A program made the position numbers and the translations under genes. Shown one piece after another: positions 33,336 through 41,925 of a stretch of 64,000 nucleotides of DNA. The notes below the pieces were generated by a model. That model did not search any database. It was given only the letters and a program-made list of their open reading frames with translations, and had not been told where the DNA came from. Origin of the DNA: Verrucomicrobiia bacterium (lineage in GTDB: Bacteria; Verrucomicrobiota; Verrucomicrobiia; Limisphaerales; DASXHY01); NCBI GenBank assembly GCA_035552155.1, contig DASZLX010000035.1, forward strand, positions 1,381-65,380, given 5' to 3'. Numbering within the stretch: position 1 is the stretch's first letter; each line of letters opens with the position of its first letter.

Positions 33336-34730
33336 ATGACCACTCCCGTCTCCGGCGCGGATCAGCCCCGCCTGCAGCGCCGCCTGGGATTGCTTCAAGC
33401 CACCGCCCTCAACATGTCCAACATGGTTGGTGTCGGCCCCTTCATCACCATTCCCCTGCTGATGGGAACCATCAATGGCGGCGGACCGCAGGCGATGCTC
33501 GGCTGGATTGTCGGTTTGTTGATCGCTATTCCGGACGGCCTCGTCTGGGCGGAACTGGGCGCAGCCATGCCGGGCTCAGGCGGCTCCTATATTTATCTGC
33601 GCGATGGCTATGGCCGCGAAAAATGGGGACGCCTCATGGCGTTTCTGTTCATCTGGCAATTGATCCTCAGCGGTCCGCTGGAAATTGGCTCCGGTCTGAT
33701 TGGCTTCAAGCAATATCTCGGTTACCTCTGGCCACAAACCGGAAACCATCATCTGGATCGAGTCATTGTCGTCGCACTCGGCGTTTTCGTGGTTGTCCTG
33801 CTCTATCGGCGCATCGGTTCCATCGGGAAAATCACGGTCGCATTATGGATTGGCGTGCTGCTGACCACGGGCGCCATTATTTTCGGCGGCATCGGACATT
33901 TTAATTCCAAAATTGCCTTCGATTTTCCGCCGCACGCCTTCGATTTCTCGCTGGGCTTTGTCTTCGGCCTCGGCGCCGCCGCGCAAATCGGAATCTACGA
34001 CTACCTCGGCTACTACGATATTTGCTACCTGGGCGACGAAGTCAAAAATCCGGCCAAAGTCATCCCCCGCTCCATCCTGATCAGCCTCGTCGCCGTGGGC
34101 TTCATCTATATGGCGATGAATTTTTCCATCATCGGCGTGATCCCCTGGCGCGAATTCGTGGTCACCGATCCCAATGCGACGACGCCGCCCATTGGCTCGA
34201 TGTTCATCGAAAAACTGTACGGCTCGAAGCTGGCGTTGGTTTTTACCGTGATGATTTTGTGGACCAGTTTCGCGTCGGTCTTCGCGTTGACGCTCGGCTA
34301 CTCGCGCATCCCGTTTGCCGCCGCCAAAGATGGTTGTTTTTTCCGTATTTTTGGCAAGGTGCACCCGACCAAGGAATTTCCCCACGTTTCCCTGCTGCTG
34401 ATCGGCGGGCTGTCCATCGCAGCGAGTTTTCTCAGCCTCGGCATCGTGATTACGGCTTTGGTCACCATGCGAATTCTCGTGCAGTTCATCGGCCAGATCG
34501 GCGCTGTAATGCGGTTACGCAAACTTAAACCGGACCGGGAACGCCCCTTCAAAATGTGGCTCTATCCGCTGCCCGCATTGCTTGCGTTGGTGGGATGGAT
34601 TTTCGTTTTTCTCACGTCGGGCAAACAACCGGTGCTTTACAGCCTGGCGGCGCTCGGCCTTGGCATCGGCGCGTTTTTGATCTGGTCGAAAATTCGCCGG
34701 AGCTGGCCTTTTGCCACGTCAGCTGGTTGA
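33336..34730 (+). CDS. APC-superfamily amino acid permease
   Basis: About 465 aa with 12 TM helices. The N-terminal pattern LGLLQATALNMSNMVGVGPFITIP is typical. ATG 33336 is preferred over the TTG at 33300. Confidence 0.85.
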   Translation: MTTPVSGADQPRLQRRLGLLQATALNMSNMVGVGPFITIPLLMGTINGGGPQAMLGWIVGLLIAIPDGLVWAELGAAMPGSGGSYIYLRDGYGREKWGRLMAFLFIWQLILSGPLEIGSGLIGFKQYLGYLWPQTGNHHLDRVIVVALGVFVVVLLYRRIGSIGKITVALWIGVLLTTGAIIFGGIGHFNSKIAFDFPPHAFDFSLGFVFGLGAAAQIGIYDYLGYYDICYLGDEVKNPAKVIPRSILISLVAVGFIYMAMNFSIIGVIPWREFVVTDPNATTPPIGSMFIEKLYGSKLALVFTVMILWTSFASVFALTLGYSRIPFAAAKDGCFFRIFGKVHPTKEFPHVSLLLIGGLSIAASFLSLGIVITALVTMRILVQFIGQIGAVMRLRKLKPDRERPFKMWLYPLPALLALVGWIFVFLTSGKQPVLYSLAALGLGIGAFLIWSKIRRSWPFATSAG

Positions 34731-34830
34731 GAACACAAGGCTGGGTTCTCAAATAAAAAACGCTCGCATTGCCGGAGAAAATTAACGCCGCTGGCACGCC
34801 ATTGTAACCGGCGCCTGCCAATCTGGCGTC

Positions 34831-35589
34831 ATGAATACCACTCTGCAGGCGGCGCGGCTGTTGGTCAGCTCGCCGACGCATTACGCCACTCGGCTGGCGC
34901 AAAACACGGACGAAGTCCGCGCGGCGCAGGCCTTGCGCTTCGAGGTCTTCAATCTCGAACTGAATGAGGGCCTCACCTCGTCCCTCGCCACGGGTCTCGA
35001 CGCCGATCCGTTCGATCTCGTCTGCGACCACCTCTTGGTCGAGCATGTGCCCAGCGGATCCATCGTGGGCACTTACCGTTTGCAAACCGGCCTCAACGCC
35101 CAGGCTCACCTCGGCTATTATTGCGCGCAGGAATTTCATTTTGATGTCTTCGAACCCTGGCGCGGCCAAATCGTTGAAGTAGGCCGCGCCTGCGTGCATC
35201 GCCAGCATCGGAACCTCATCGTGCTGGGCCTGCTGTGGAAAGGAATTGCCGACTACGCGAAAGCACGCAGAGGGCGCTATCTAATGGGTTGCAGTTCCGT
35301 CACCTCCCAGGATCCGACGGTCGGCGCCTCCGCTTATGCGGATTTGTGCCGCAAACATCTCGTCTCGCCGCAGTGGCGCACCACGCCTTTGCCGGCTTAC
35401 GAATGTTCCCTGCGGCAACTCGCCGCCGAGCCGGTGACCATACCCAAATTGCTTCGCGCCTACCTCACGCTCGCCGCCAAAATTTGCGGGCCGCCGGCAC
35501 TCGATCCACATTTCAAAACCATCGATTTCCTGACCCTGATGGATCTCGAAACCATGCACCCGCTCGCCCGCCAAAGATTTCTCGGTTGA
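34831..35589 (+). CDS. GNAT-fold N-acyltransferase, OlsB-like (lyso-aminolipid synthase)
   Basis: AQALRFEVFNLELNEGL...GLDADPFDLVCDHLLVEH...IVGTYRL matches the pattern of ornithine-lipid OlsB-type acyltransferases. A PlsC-type acyltransferase follows it. Confidence 0.7.
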   Translation: MNTTLQAARLLVSSPTHYATRLAQNTDEVRAAQALRFEVFNLELNEGLTSSLATGLDADPFDLVCDHLLVEHVPSGSIVGTYRLQTGLNAQAHLGYYCAQEFHFDVFEPWRGQIVEVGRACVHRQHRNLIVLGLLWKGIADYAKARRGRYLMGCSSVTSQDPTVGASAYADLCRKHLVSPQWRTTPLPAYECSLRQLAAEPVTIPKLLRAYLTLAAKICGPPALDPHFKTIDFLTLMDLETMHPLARQRFLG

Positions 35590-35619
35590 AATGTCCCGTT
35601 GCCGGTTTCAAATTAAGGC

Positions 35620-36372
35620 ATGAAAGCCCTGCTCCGGCACCCCGTGCGTGTGGTCGGGCGCTTGCTTTGGATGATGGCCGAATTCATCATCGCCGCGCTC
35701 AATTACGCGCGCTGGTGCGGCGGGAATTGTTCGGGCGCCACGCGCGCCGCCTGGCTGCAACACACTTCCCGCCGGATGTTGCGCATCTTCAAAACGGAAA
35801 TCCAAACCTCGGGCGCCGTGCCCAAAAACGGTTTGCTCGTCTCCAATCATTTGAGCTACATCGATATCCTCGTCCTCGCGAGCATTACACCGGCGATGTT
35901 TGTCGCGAAACAGGAAGTGAAAAGCTGGCCGGTGTTTGGGTTCTTCGCAAAATTGGCCGGCACCGTATTTGTGGACCGCGAACGCCGCACGCGCGTCGGC
36001 CAGACGACGGATGAAATTCAGTCGGCGCTGGATCGGGGAGCGCTGGTCGTTTTATTTCCGGAAGGAACCAGTTCCAACGGCGAGACCGTGCTGCCATTCA
36101 AATCATCCTTGCTCGAACCTGCCGCCCGGCAAACCCATTCCCTGTTTGCCAGTCTCATTCAATACCAACTCGACGACGGCGACGTAGGGGAGGAAGTTTG
36201 TTACTGGAAAGACATGACACTGGTGCCCCACCTCATCAACCTGCTCGGCAAACGCGCCCTTCGCGCCTCCGTCCGTTTCACGCAATTGCGCGAAGGCAGC
36301 ACTGACCGCAAAGTGCTCGCGCGCCAGTTACATTCGGAAATTTTGCGACTGAAAGAAGCGCCGGCTTTTTAG
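35620..36372 (+). CDS. Lysophospholipid/lyso-aminolipid O-acyltransferase (PlsC family, OlsA-like)
   Basis: H(x4)D motif in VSNHLSYIDIL and the FPEGTSSNG motif. It lies directly downstream of the OlsB-like gene. Confidence 0.75.
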   Translation: MKALLRHPVRVVGRLLWMMAEFIIAALNYARWCGGNCSGATRAAWLQHTSRRMLRIFKTEIQTSGAVPKNGLLVSNHLSYIDILVLASITPAMFVAKQEVKSWPVFGFFAKLAGTVFVDRERRTRVGQTTDEIQSALDRGALVVLFPEGTSSNGETVLPFKSSLLEPAARQTHSLFASLIQYQLDDGDVGEEVCYWKDMTLVPHLINLLGKRALRASVRFTQLREGSTDRKVLARQLHSEILRLKEAPAF

Positions 36373-37064
36373 TTCCTTGTCGTTTCCAGCCTTTCTCTAA
36401 AACTTCTCCCCACCACGATTCCAATCACACTTCCAATAATGGCTCCAGCCACAAACTCCGAGAGCCAGTGAATGGTCACCGAAACCGCCAGGCCGACATA
36501 AAACGCATACAGCAACGCCGCCACCATCAGCCACCGATTCTTGGGGTACAGCGCAACCAGGCACAGCATCATCGCAAACGCGATCGTCGTGTGCGACGAC
36601 GGCCAGCCCCAAAAAACGCCGCCTCGCAAAAAACCAAATTGAAACCCGTGACTGCTGTCCATCTCAGCCGTTGCAATTGGTAATTTCATGCGCCAGTGGT
36701 GCGGCGGCGGGAGCCGGCCAGTAAACGTTTTGTAGGCGCAGGAAATGAGGTATCCCAGCAGCGCCGCCTGGCCCAGCGCCCAACCGGTAGTCACCGACCG
36801 CCGACTTTTTCCTATCGCGCCAATTATCAGAAGCAGCAACGTCCCGGCCACCGGCAGGAATGTCCCAATCCGGATTGCCGGCCAGGCGAGCCGCACAAAA
36901 GCCTCACCCCGAGTTGCCTGGTAATAAGCCCAGTCGCCACCAGATGTGACAATCGCAATGGTCAGAACAATTGCCATCGCATGCCACCACAGATTGCGAC
37001 CACGAAAGATGGCGAGAACATTTTGCGGCAGCCGATGGAAAAGCTCGGGCATGAAGCGGAGCAT
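36369..37064 (-). CDS. PAP2-superfamily membrane phosphatase (tentative)
   Basis: 231 aa with 5-6 TM helices. KTFTGRLPP, WPSSHTT and TIHWLSEFVAG approximate the three PAP2 motifs (KxxxxxxRP, PSGH, SRxxxxxHxxxD). Its stop overlaps the convergent OlsA-like stop. Confidence 0.5.
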   Translation of the reverse strand: MLRFMPELFHRLPQNVLAIFRGRNLWWHAMAIVLTIAIVTSGGDWAYYQATRGEAFVRLAWPAIRIGTFLPVAGTLLLLIIGAIGKSRRSVTTGWALGQAALLGYLISCAYKTFTGRLPPPHHWRMKLPIATAEMDSSHGFQFGFLRGGVFWGWPSSHTTIAFAMMLCLVALYPKNRWLMVAALLYAFYVGLAVSVTIHWLSEFVAGAIIGSVIGIVVGRSFRERLETTRN

Positions 37065-37284
37065 AGTTGAACCCCCAACTCATTGACCATCGCGGAATCT
37101 CACCGGAACCCTTGCTTACGGGATTCAGTTCGATGCAGACCATCGGATGGCCTTCTCTTTAGCCTCTGGGATACGAGCTGGCGCTCCGGCATAATAGCGC
37201 GGGACGCACTGCACCACTCGGGGGGCCGAGCATCCGGTGCGACCGAAAGGGAGGGTCAAATGACCGAACGCGCGCTCTGATCTC

Positions 37285-37312
37285 CCTCTCCCCCATGAAA
37301 TGGCGGAGAGGG
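37285..37312. repeat. Short GC-rich hairpin (CCCTCTCC / GGAGAGGG)
   Basis: 8-bp perfect stem (37285-92 / 37305-12) with a 12-nt loop, followed by CCGGGGTGAGGG. It is intergenic. Confidence 0.5.
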
Positions 37313-37388
37313 CCGGGGTGAGGGCGTGCTCATCATTCTTAATGGAGCACCAGATTCAGCAAGATGCTAAAATGCCCGGCGCGGCCAC

Positions 37389-38414
37389 TTAGCGTCCCAC
37401 CCACAAGACATCCAGATTCCCCGGACCACCACGTCCGCGCCGCTGTCCGCCCCCATTTGCCTCCGGCGCGGCTCCCGGCATCCGCTCGGTGCAGATCAAA
37501 ACAATCCGGTTGTTCTTCGTATCGAGCGATGAAGTTTTGCAGCCAGCCTTGGTTTGCACCGTTTGTTCCACCGCAAAACTCGTGGGGCTGCTTTCCTTGA
37601 TAATGGTCAACGTGCCGTCCCGTTGCGAACTCCACGCCTCCATCGTGCTGGGGTTGAAGCCGCCACCATCCGTGCCGTTGCCAATGGGCAGCGTGGCCAG
37701 CACCTTGCCGGTGTCGGCGTTCAGCACCACACACACGCTCGGGTCCGCGCACATCGCGAATAGGATATGATTTTTAATATCCAACCCCAGGCCACCCGGC
37801 TCGCCCGCGCCTTCGCCCAGATCATATTTCGTAATAAGCTTGCGCGTCTTGACATCGATCACGGCGATTTTTTTCTCGTTCTCGACGTCCGCATATAATT
37901 TCCCCTGCCCATCGCTTTGCGCCTGCTCCATTGCGCCACCCACTTCTATAGTCCCGACCACCGAACCGTCCTTCGGTTCGATCACCGTGATGCTCGGCTC
38001 CTGATGGCTGAAAATAAAAACCTTGTCCGTCAACGGCTCCAGCAGGATGCCGTCCGGCCGCCCCTGAACTTCGATGCTCTTGATCTTCTGCAGCGTCTCG
38101 GTGTCGAACATGCCAATCTGCGGGCTGCTGCTGAACCCGTGATGCGTGGCGGTGTCGATGGCCACGCCGTGACCGCCGACGTTCGTGATGGTCCCGATGT
38201 ATTTGTGATCGTCCAGGCCGAACACAAAGGTACTGCCGCCGCGCGGCACATAGACGCGCCGGGCATCGTTGTCGGCATACACATAATCAATGCCGCCGCT
38301 GCCCATCAGCTGGACGGTATCGAGAACTTTGTAGGGAGCATCGGTTTGGGCGAGAATGTTGCCGGCAAAAAGACAAACCCCGGCTGCGGAAACGAGATTC
38401 AATAGAGTTTTCAT
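37389..38414 (-). CDS. Secreted YncE/YVTN-like beta-propeller protein
   Basis: 341 aa with a signal peptide (LVSAAGVCLFAGNILAQ). Repeated blades of about 40 aa have the G..V.V.D....K.I..I.VG pattern. Confidence 0.7.
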   Translation of the reverse strand: MKTLLNLVSAAGVCLFAGNILAQTDAPYKVLDTVQLMGSGGIDYVYADNDARRVYVPRGGSTFVFGLDDHKYIGTITNVGGHGVAIDTATHHGFSSSPQIGMFDTETLQKIKSIEVQGRPDGILLEPLTDKVFIFSHQEPSITVIEPKDGSVVGTIEVGGAMEQAQSDGQGKLYADVENEKKIAVIDVKTRKLITKYDLGEGAGEPGGLGLDIKNHILFAMCADPSVCVVLNADTGKVLATLPIGNGTDGGGFNPSTMEAWSSQRDGTLTIIKESSPTSFAVEQTVQTKAGCKTSSLDTKNNRIVLICTERMPGAAPEANGGGQRRGRGGPGNLDVLWVGR

Positions 38415-38623
38415 AAGATGAAACGGATGTCGATCATTGTGGTCAGTGACAACTCATTCCACCCCCACACTCCTTAATCAATAACTTTTCGGATTATGAC
38501 AGAAAATTCACTCTTTGATAACGCCGGATGGCGTGCCAGAACTGGTTGATTGGGATTGACAACCGGGGCGGATTTGACATTGTGTCGATGTTCGAATCAG
38601 AGAGATTTAACCTTACTACAATT

Positions 38624-39547
38624 ATGAAGCGAATCATCAAAATCGGGGGAGTTTTACTGGCATTTGTGGCGCCTGCCGCCTTCGCTCAAGTCATCAATTT
38701 TCACGATCCGCAACAATTCTCCGGCGCATATAACCTGTTGTATTTCGGCCAAGGCGCCTACTCCGACCCGGGCAACAATGTTTGGAACGGGTTCAACGCC
38801 TCTCCGGGCGCTGGTCCGGGCAGCACATTTAACTATGGGCCGGCCAATCCCTATCCCGCCACTGGTGGGAGTCCCGGAAATCCCTACGCCGCTTATGGCG
38901 CTAATGGCGCCACCACCGGCAGCGGCGCGGTGTTGTTCGGCACGGGCGGCACGATTGATAGTTCGGGCAATCCCACCTCAACGCCTGCCGGCAACGCAAC
39001 TTCCGCCGGGTTGCTCAGTCCGATTACCTTAAGCATGTTTTACGGTCGCGATAACGGAGCGGCTGGCGGTTCCACGCAGGGACAACCGTCGTGGCTCCTC
39101 ACCGCCGCTGCCATCGTTGACGGCACCGATAGCGGGGCGGGTACCAGTCTTGCGCCACTGGGCACGTTTGCTCTGCATAACGTTACCCAAGGCCAGGTTT
39201 ACGACTTATTCCTCTACGGACAAAACTACGATGCCACGCGCGGAGCGAGCTTCTCGCTCAACGGCGCCAATGGCGGAACCGCGGTCGGCGGCTTTACCTC
39301 GACCATCAACACCGGCGTGAGGAACAGTTTTGTTCTCGGCAATAACTATGTTGAATTTACCGGCGTGATGGCGGACTCGAACGGGAACATCAGCGGTTCA
39401 TGGGGCGCCGTCAGTAATCCCTTTAGCGGACTTTCAGGCGAAGGCGACTTCAACGGTTTGCAACTGGTCGCCGTTCCCGAACCCGGCATGATCGCGTTGC
39501 TCGGCATGGGCCTGGCGGGAATGTTCGCCTGGCGTCGCCGTAAATAA
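38624..39547 (+). CDS. PEP-CTERM sorting-domain secreted protein
   Basis: Signal peptide MKRIIKIGGVLLAFVAPAAFAQ (ATG 38624). The body is Gly/Asn/Ala-rich. The C-terminus VPEPGMIALLGMGLAGMFAWRRRK is a canonical PEP-CTERM motif followed by a TM helix and a basic tail. Confidence 0.85.
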   Translation: MKRIIKIGGVLLAFVAPAAFAQVINFHDPQQFSGAYNLLYFGQGAYSDPGNNVWNGFNASPGAGPGSTFNYGPANPYPATGGSPGNPYAAYGANGATTGSGAVLFGTGGTIDSSGNPTSTPAGNATSAGLLSPITLSMFYGRDNGAAGGSTQGQPSWLLTAAAIVDGTDSGAGTSLAPLGTFALHNVTQGQVYDLFLYGQNYDATRGASFSLNGANGGTAVGGFTSTINTGVRNSFVLGNNYVEFTGVMADSNGNISGSWGAVSNPFSGLSGEGDFNGLQLVAVPEPGMIALLGMGLAGMFAWRRRK

Positions 39548-39566
39548 TCGAACATTTTTTTCACCA

Positions 39567-39596
39567 GCGGCCTTCGGAAACGAAGGCCGCTTTTTT
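39567..39596 (+). terminator. Rho-independent terminator
   Basis: Stem GCGGCCTTCG / CGAAGGCCGC with a GAAA loop, then TTTTTT. Confidence 0.85.
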
Positions 39597-39608
39597 ATGC
39601 CTGTGGTA

Positions 39609-39651
39609 GCGGACGGCGCGCTTGCGCCGTCCGCGCCGCGTTCAGCGCGGC
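39609..39651. repeat. Tandem GC-rich hairpins (REP-like)
   Basis: GCGGACGGCGC-GCTT-GCGCCGTCCGC (39609-34) is immediately followed by GCCGCG-TTCAG-CGCGGC (39635-51). Confidence 0.6.
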
Positions 39652-39689
39652 GCAAAGTCTCACAGCATTCCCGCCCATCGGGCACGCGC

Positions 39690-41237
39690 TTACTCGTATC
39701 CGAAAGCTTTCACGAACGGCTCAAGTTTCGGCAGCCACGGTTCGAAATATTTCTGATAATGACGCCAGCGGCCCACGGCGCTTTTGAACACGGGTTTTGC
39801 TACGTCAGAGTAGGTTGGAGAACGCACGACTTTTTGCTGCGCATGTTCGTTAAATCGCAGCACGCGCTCGTCCCACGGCACGCCGAGAAATTCCAGCACC
39901 CGGCGCGCGACCGATTCGAGATCCGTCACCATGTCCTCATACCGCACTTCTATCCACGGATTGAGCATCCGCGGCGCCATGGTCCGCCAGAAGCCCATCA
40001 ATGATTCGTATTCTTCAATGACCCCGCCAATTGTCAGCACTGAAGCGCTCGTCACGTTGAGCGGAAGCGGCTGCATAAAAAAGCTGAGGCATACATCGCG
40101 CGGATCGCGAATAGCGATGATGAATTTGGTTTCAGGAAGCATCCGGATCAACGCCGGCACAAGCGTGGTCAGTGAAGGATTTTTATCGATCAACAGGCGG
40201 CTGCCGATGACTCCCCCGCTGAAAGCTTCCACGCTGCGAAAATATTCTTCGCGCATCTGTCCCAGCGCGAGGGGCGTCGCCGATTCCAAAATCGACAACA
40301 TGCCGGCGTTGTCCGGAAAGCGCTGCCGATGTCCCATATACGTTTCAAAAAAGATCGGCGTCTCCTCGACGGAAACAATGTCCGGATGCGAATCCAGCAC
40401 CTGCTCCAGCAGCGTGGTGCCGGACCGCGGATTGCCGCCCAGCAACGCCACCCGGCGCGGAGGCTGGAGCGCTTCACCCGCGTCAAACCAGCGTTGGAGC
40501 ACCTCGGCGGTGATATTGGCCGCGGCTTCCCTCAAGTGCGCATGGGTGGATTGCTGCGCGGAAGCGTAACGCTCGGCGTGTGGGCGAAACAACTCTTTGG
40601 CGGTGACGAACGCAGCCATGGCTTCATCATAACGCGCCTGCCGATCGAGAATCGCGCCAAGCTCATACCAGCCGCGAATGCGCGTGGACCAGGATTCGGC
40701 GTCGCTGCGAGCCAGGATCGGGCGAAGAATTTTTTCCGCTTCATCGAGGCGTCCCGCGAGCCGGTCTAGCCGAGCCCGCACCAGCAAGGCGAGCGGCAAT
40801 CCGGGTTCGAGGCGCAACGCGCGGTCCACGAGTTCGCCGGCTTTGTCGAGCGAGCGGAAGCGTTCGTGGATCTCGGCGAGTTTGACGAATGTATCCGGCG
40901 CGGCATCCTTCTGTTCAGCGGCCTGCTCGAAATAATTGCGGGCCATTTCGAAGCGGCTAAAGTTGCGGGAGTACGTGCCGGCCATAACGAGGGCTTCGGA
41001 CTTGTTCGGCGCGATACGGATCGCCTGGTCGAAATAGCGTTCCGCGGCAGTGTAATCATAGCGAATGCCACAGGCGAGGCCGAGGTCCAGCAGAAGGCGG
41101 TGATTGGCGGGGTCCAGGCGGCACGCGCGCTCCATAAGCTCGAAATATTGCGGGAAATCGCGTCGGCGCCAGCATTCCGCCGCCTGCTGAAGCAAGCGCG
41201 ACAACGAGCCCTGGGAAATCAACTGCGGTCGTTTCAT
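39690..41237 (-). CDS. TPR-repeat protein fused to a sulfotransferase domain
   Basis: The N-terminal half has TPR-like repeats. The C-terminal half has the PAPS-binding 5'-PSB-like motif GGNPRSGTTLLEQVLDSHP and IAIRDPRDV (3'-PB-like). ATG 41237 is preferred (the ORF opens at TTG 41306). Confidence 0.8.
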   Translation of the reverse strand: MKRPQLISQGSLSRLLQQAAECWRRRDFPQYFELMERACRLDPANHRLLLDLGLACGIRYDYTAAERYFDQAIRIAPNKSEALVMAGTYSRNFSRFEMARNYFEQAAEQKDAAPDTFVKLAEIHERFRSLDKAGELVDRALRLEPGLPLALLVRARLDRLAGRLDEAEKILRPILARSDAESWSTRIRGWYELGAILDRQARYDEAMAAFVTAKELFRPHAERYASAQQSTHAHLREAAANITAEVLQRWFDAGEALQPPRRVALLGGNPRSGTTLLEQVLDSHPDIVSVEETPIFFETYMGHRQRFPDNAGMLSILESATPLALGQMREEYFRSVEAFSGGVIGSRLLIDKNPSLTTLVPALIRMLPETKFIIAIRDPRDVCLSFFMQPLPLNVTSASVLTIGGVIEEYESLMGFWRTMAPRMLNPWIEVRYEDMVTDLESVARRVLEFLGVPWDERVLRFNEHAQQKVVRSPTYSDVAKPVFKSAVGRWRHYQKYFEPWLPKLEPFVKAFGYE

Positions 41238-41431
41238 CTTCGCAACACCACAACCATACTGGCTGCCCAGGGAGCCGATGGCTACCGTATTTTTGAAAAC
41301 GCGCAATACCGTTCGCCTCTATTACGGCGACGTAACCGGCGAAAAAAAACGAATTTTTTGCCCCTTGAACTCCTGCCCCGTGAGTCCGAAATTGAGATAG
41401 AGTATAACCTTTTGAAAGGAGTTCGATTGTT

Positions 41432-41869
41432 ATGAGACTAATGAGAAAACCCGGATCGGAAATGTCGTTGTCGCGCCTGCGGAACCAGTTGGATCAAATG
41501 TTCGAGCCTGATTTCGCCTTAAGCGATTTGTTTAATGGCGGCTGGATGCCGGCGATTGACGTGATGGAAAGCAAAGACAAATTGACGGTCAAAGCGGAAC
41601 TGCCCGGATTCAAACGGGAAGACCTCGATGTGTCCGTCCATGAAAACAACCTCGTCATCTCCGGCGAACGCAAGACCGAAGACGAACAAAAAGAGGCGGA
41701 ATTTTATCGCTCGGAACGCTTCTACGGGCGGTTCCAACGCTCGATCTCGCTTCCCTACAGCGTGGACACCGGAAAAATCGATGCCCGCTATCGCGACGGG
41801 GTCTTGACCATCACGCTTCCAAAAAGCGAACAAGCCAAGGCAAAACAAATCCAGGTGGCGGCGGATTAA
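41432..41869 (+). CDS. Hsp20/alpha-crystallin family small heat-shock protein
   Basis: Motifs PAIDVMESKDKLTVKAELPGFKREDLDVSV, ERFYGRFQRSISLP and A.YRDGVLTITLPK. A GGAG sits 8 nt upstream of the ATG. Confidence 0.9.
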   Translation: MRLMRKPGSEMSLSRLRNQLDQMFEPDFALSDLFNGGWMPAIDVMESKDKLTVKAELPGFKREDLDVSVHENNLVISGERKTEDEQKEAEFYRSERFYGRFQRSISLPYSVDTGKIDARYRDGVLTITLPKSEQAKAKQIQVAAD

Positions 41870-41890
41870 CTGATTAATTAAAAGTTCGCC

Positions 41891-41922
41891 GGCGCGTTCG
41901 GTATTTACGTTCCGAACGCGCC
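41891..41922. terminator. Hairpin between convergent hsp20 and the efflux OMF gene
   Basis: 11-bp stem GGCGCGTTCGG / CCGAACGCGCC with a 10-nt loop. There is no strong U-tract on either side. Confidence 0.5.
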
Positions 41923-41925
41923 AAC

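Noticed and set aside
33095-33343. 82-aa ORF on the - strand in the lacZ/permease intergenic region.
   Set aside because: It has no RBS-like sequence or motif and an odd composition. It spans the 14-bp hairpin and overlaps the permease start region. Probably non-coding.
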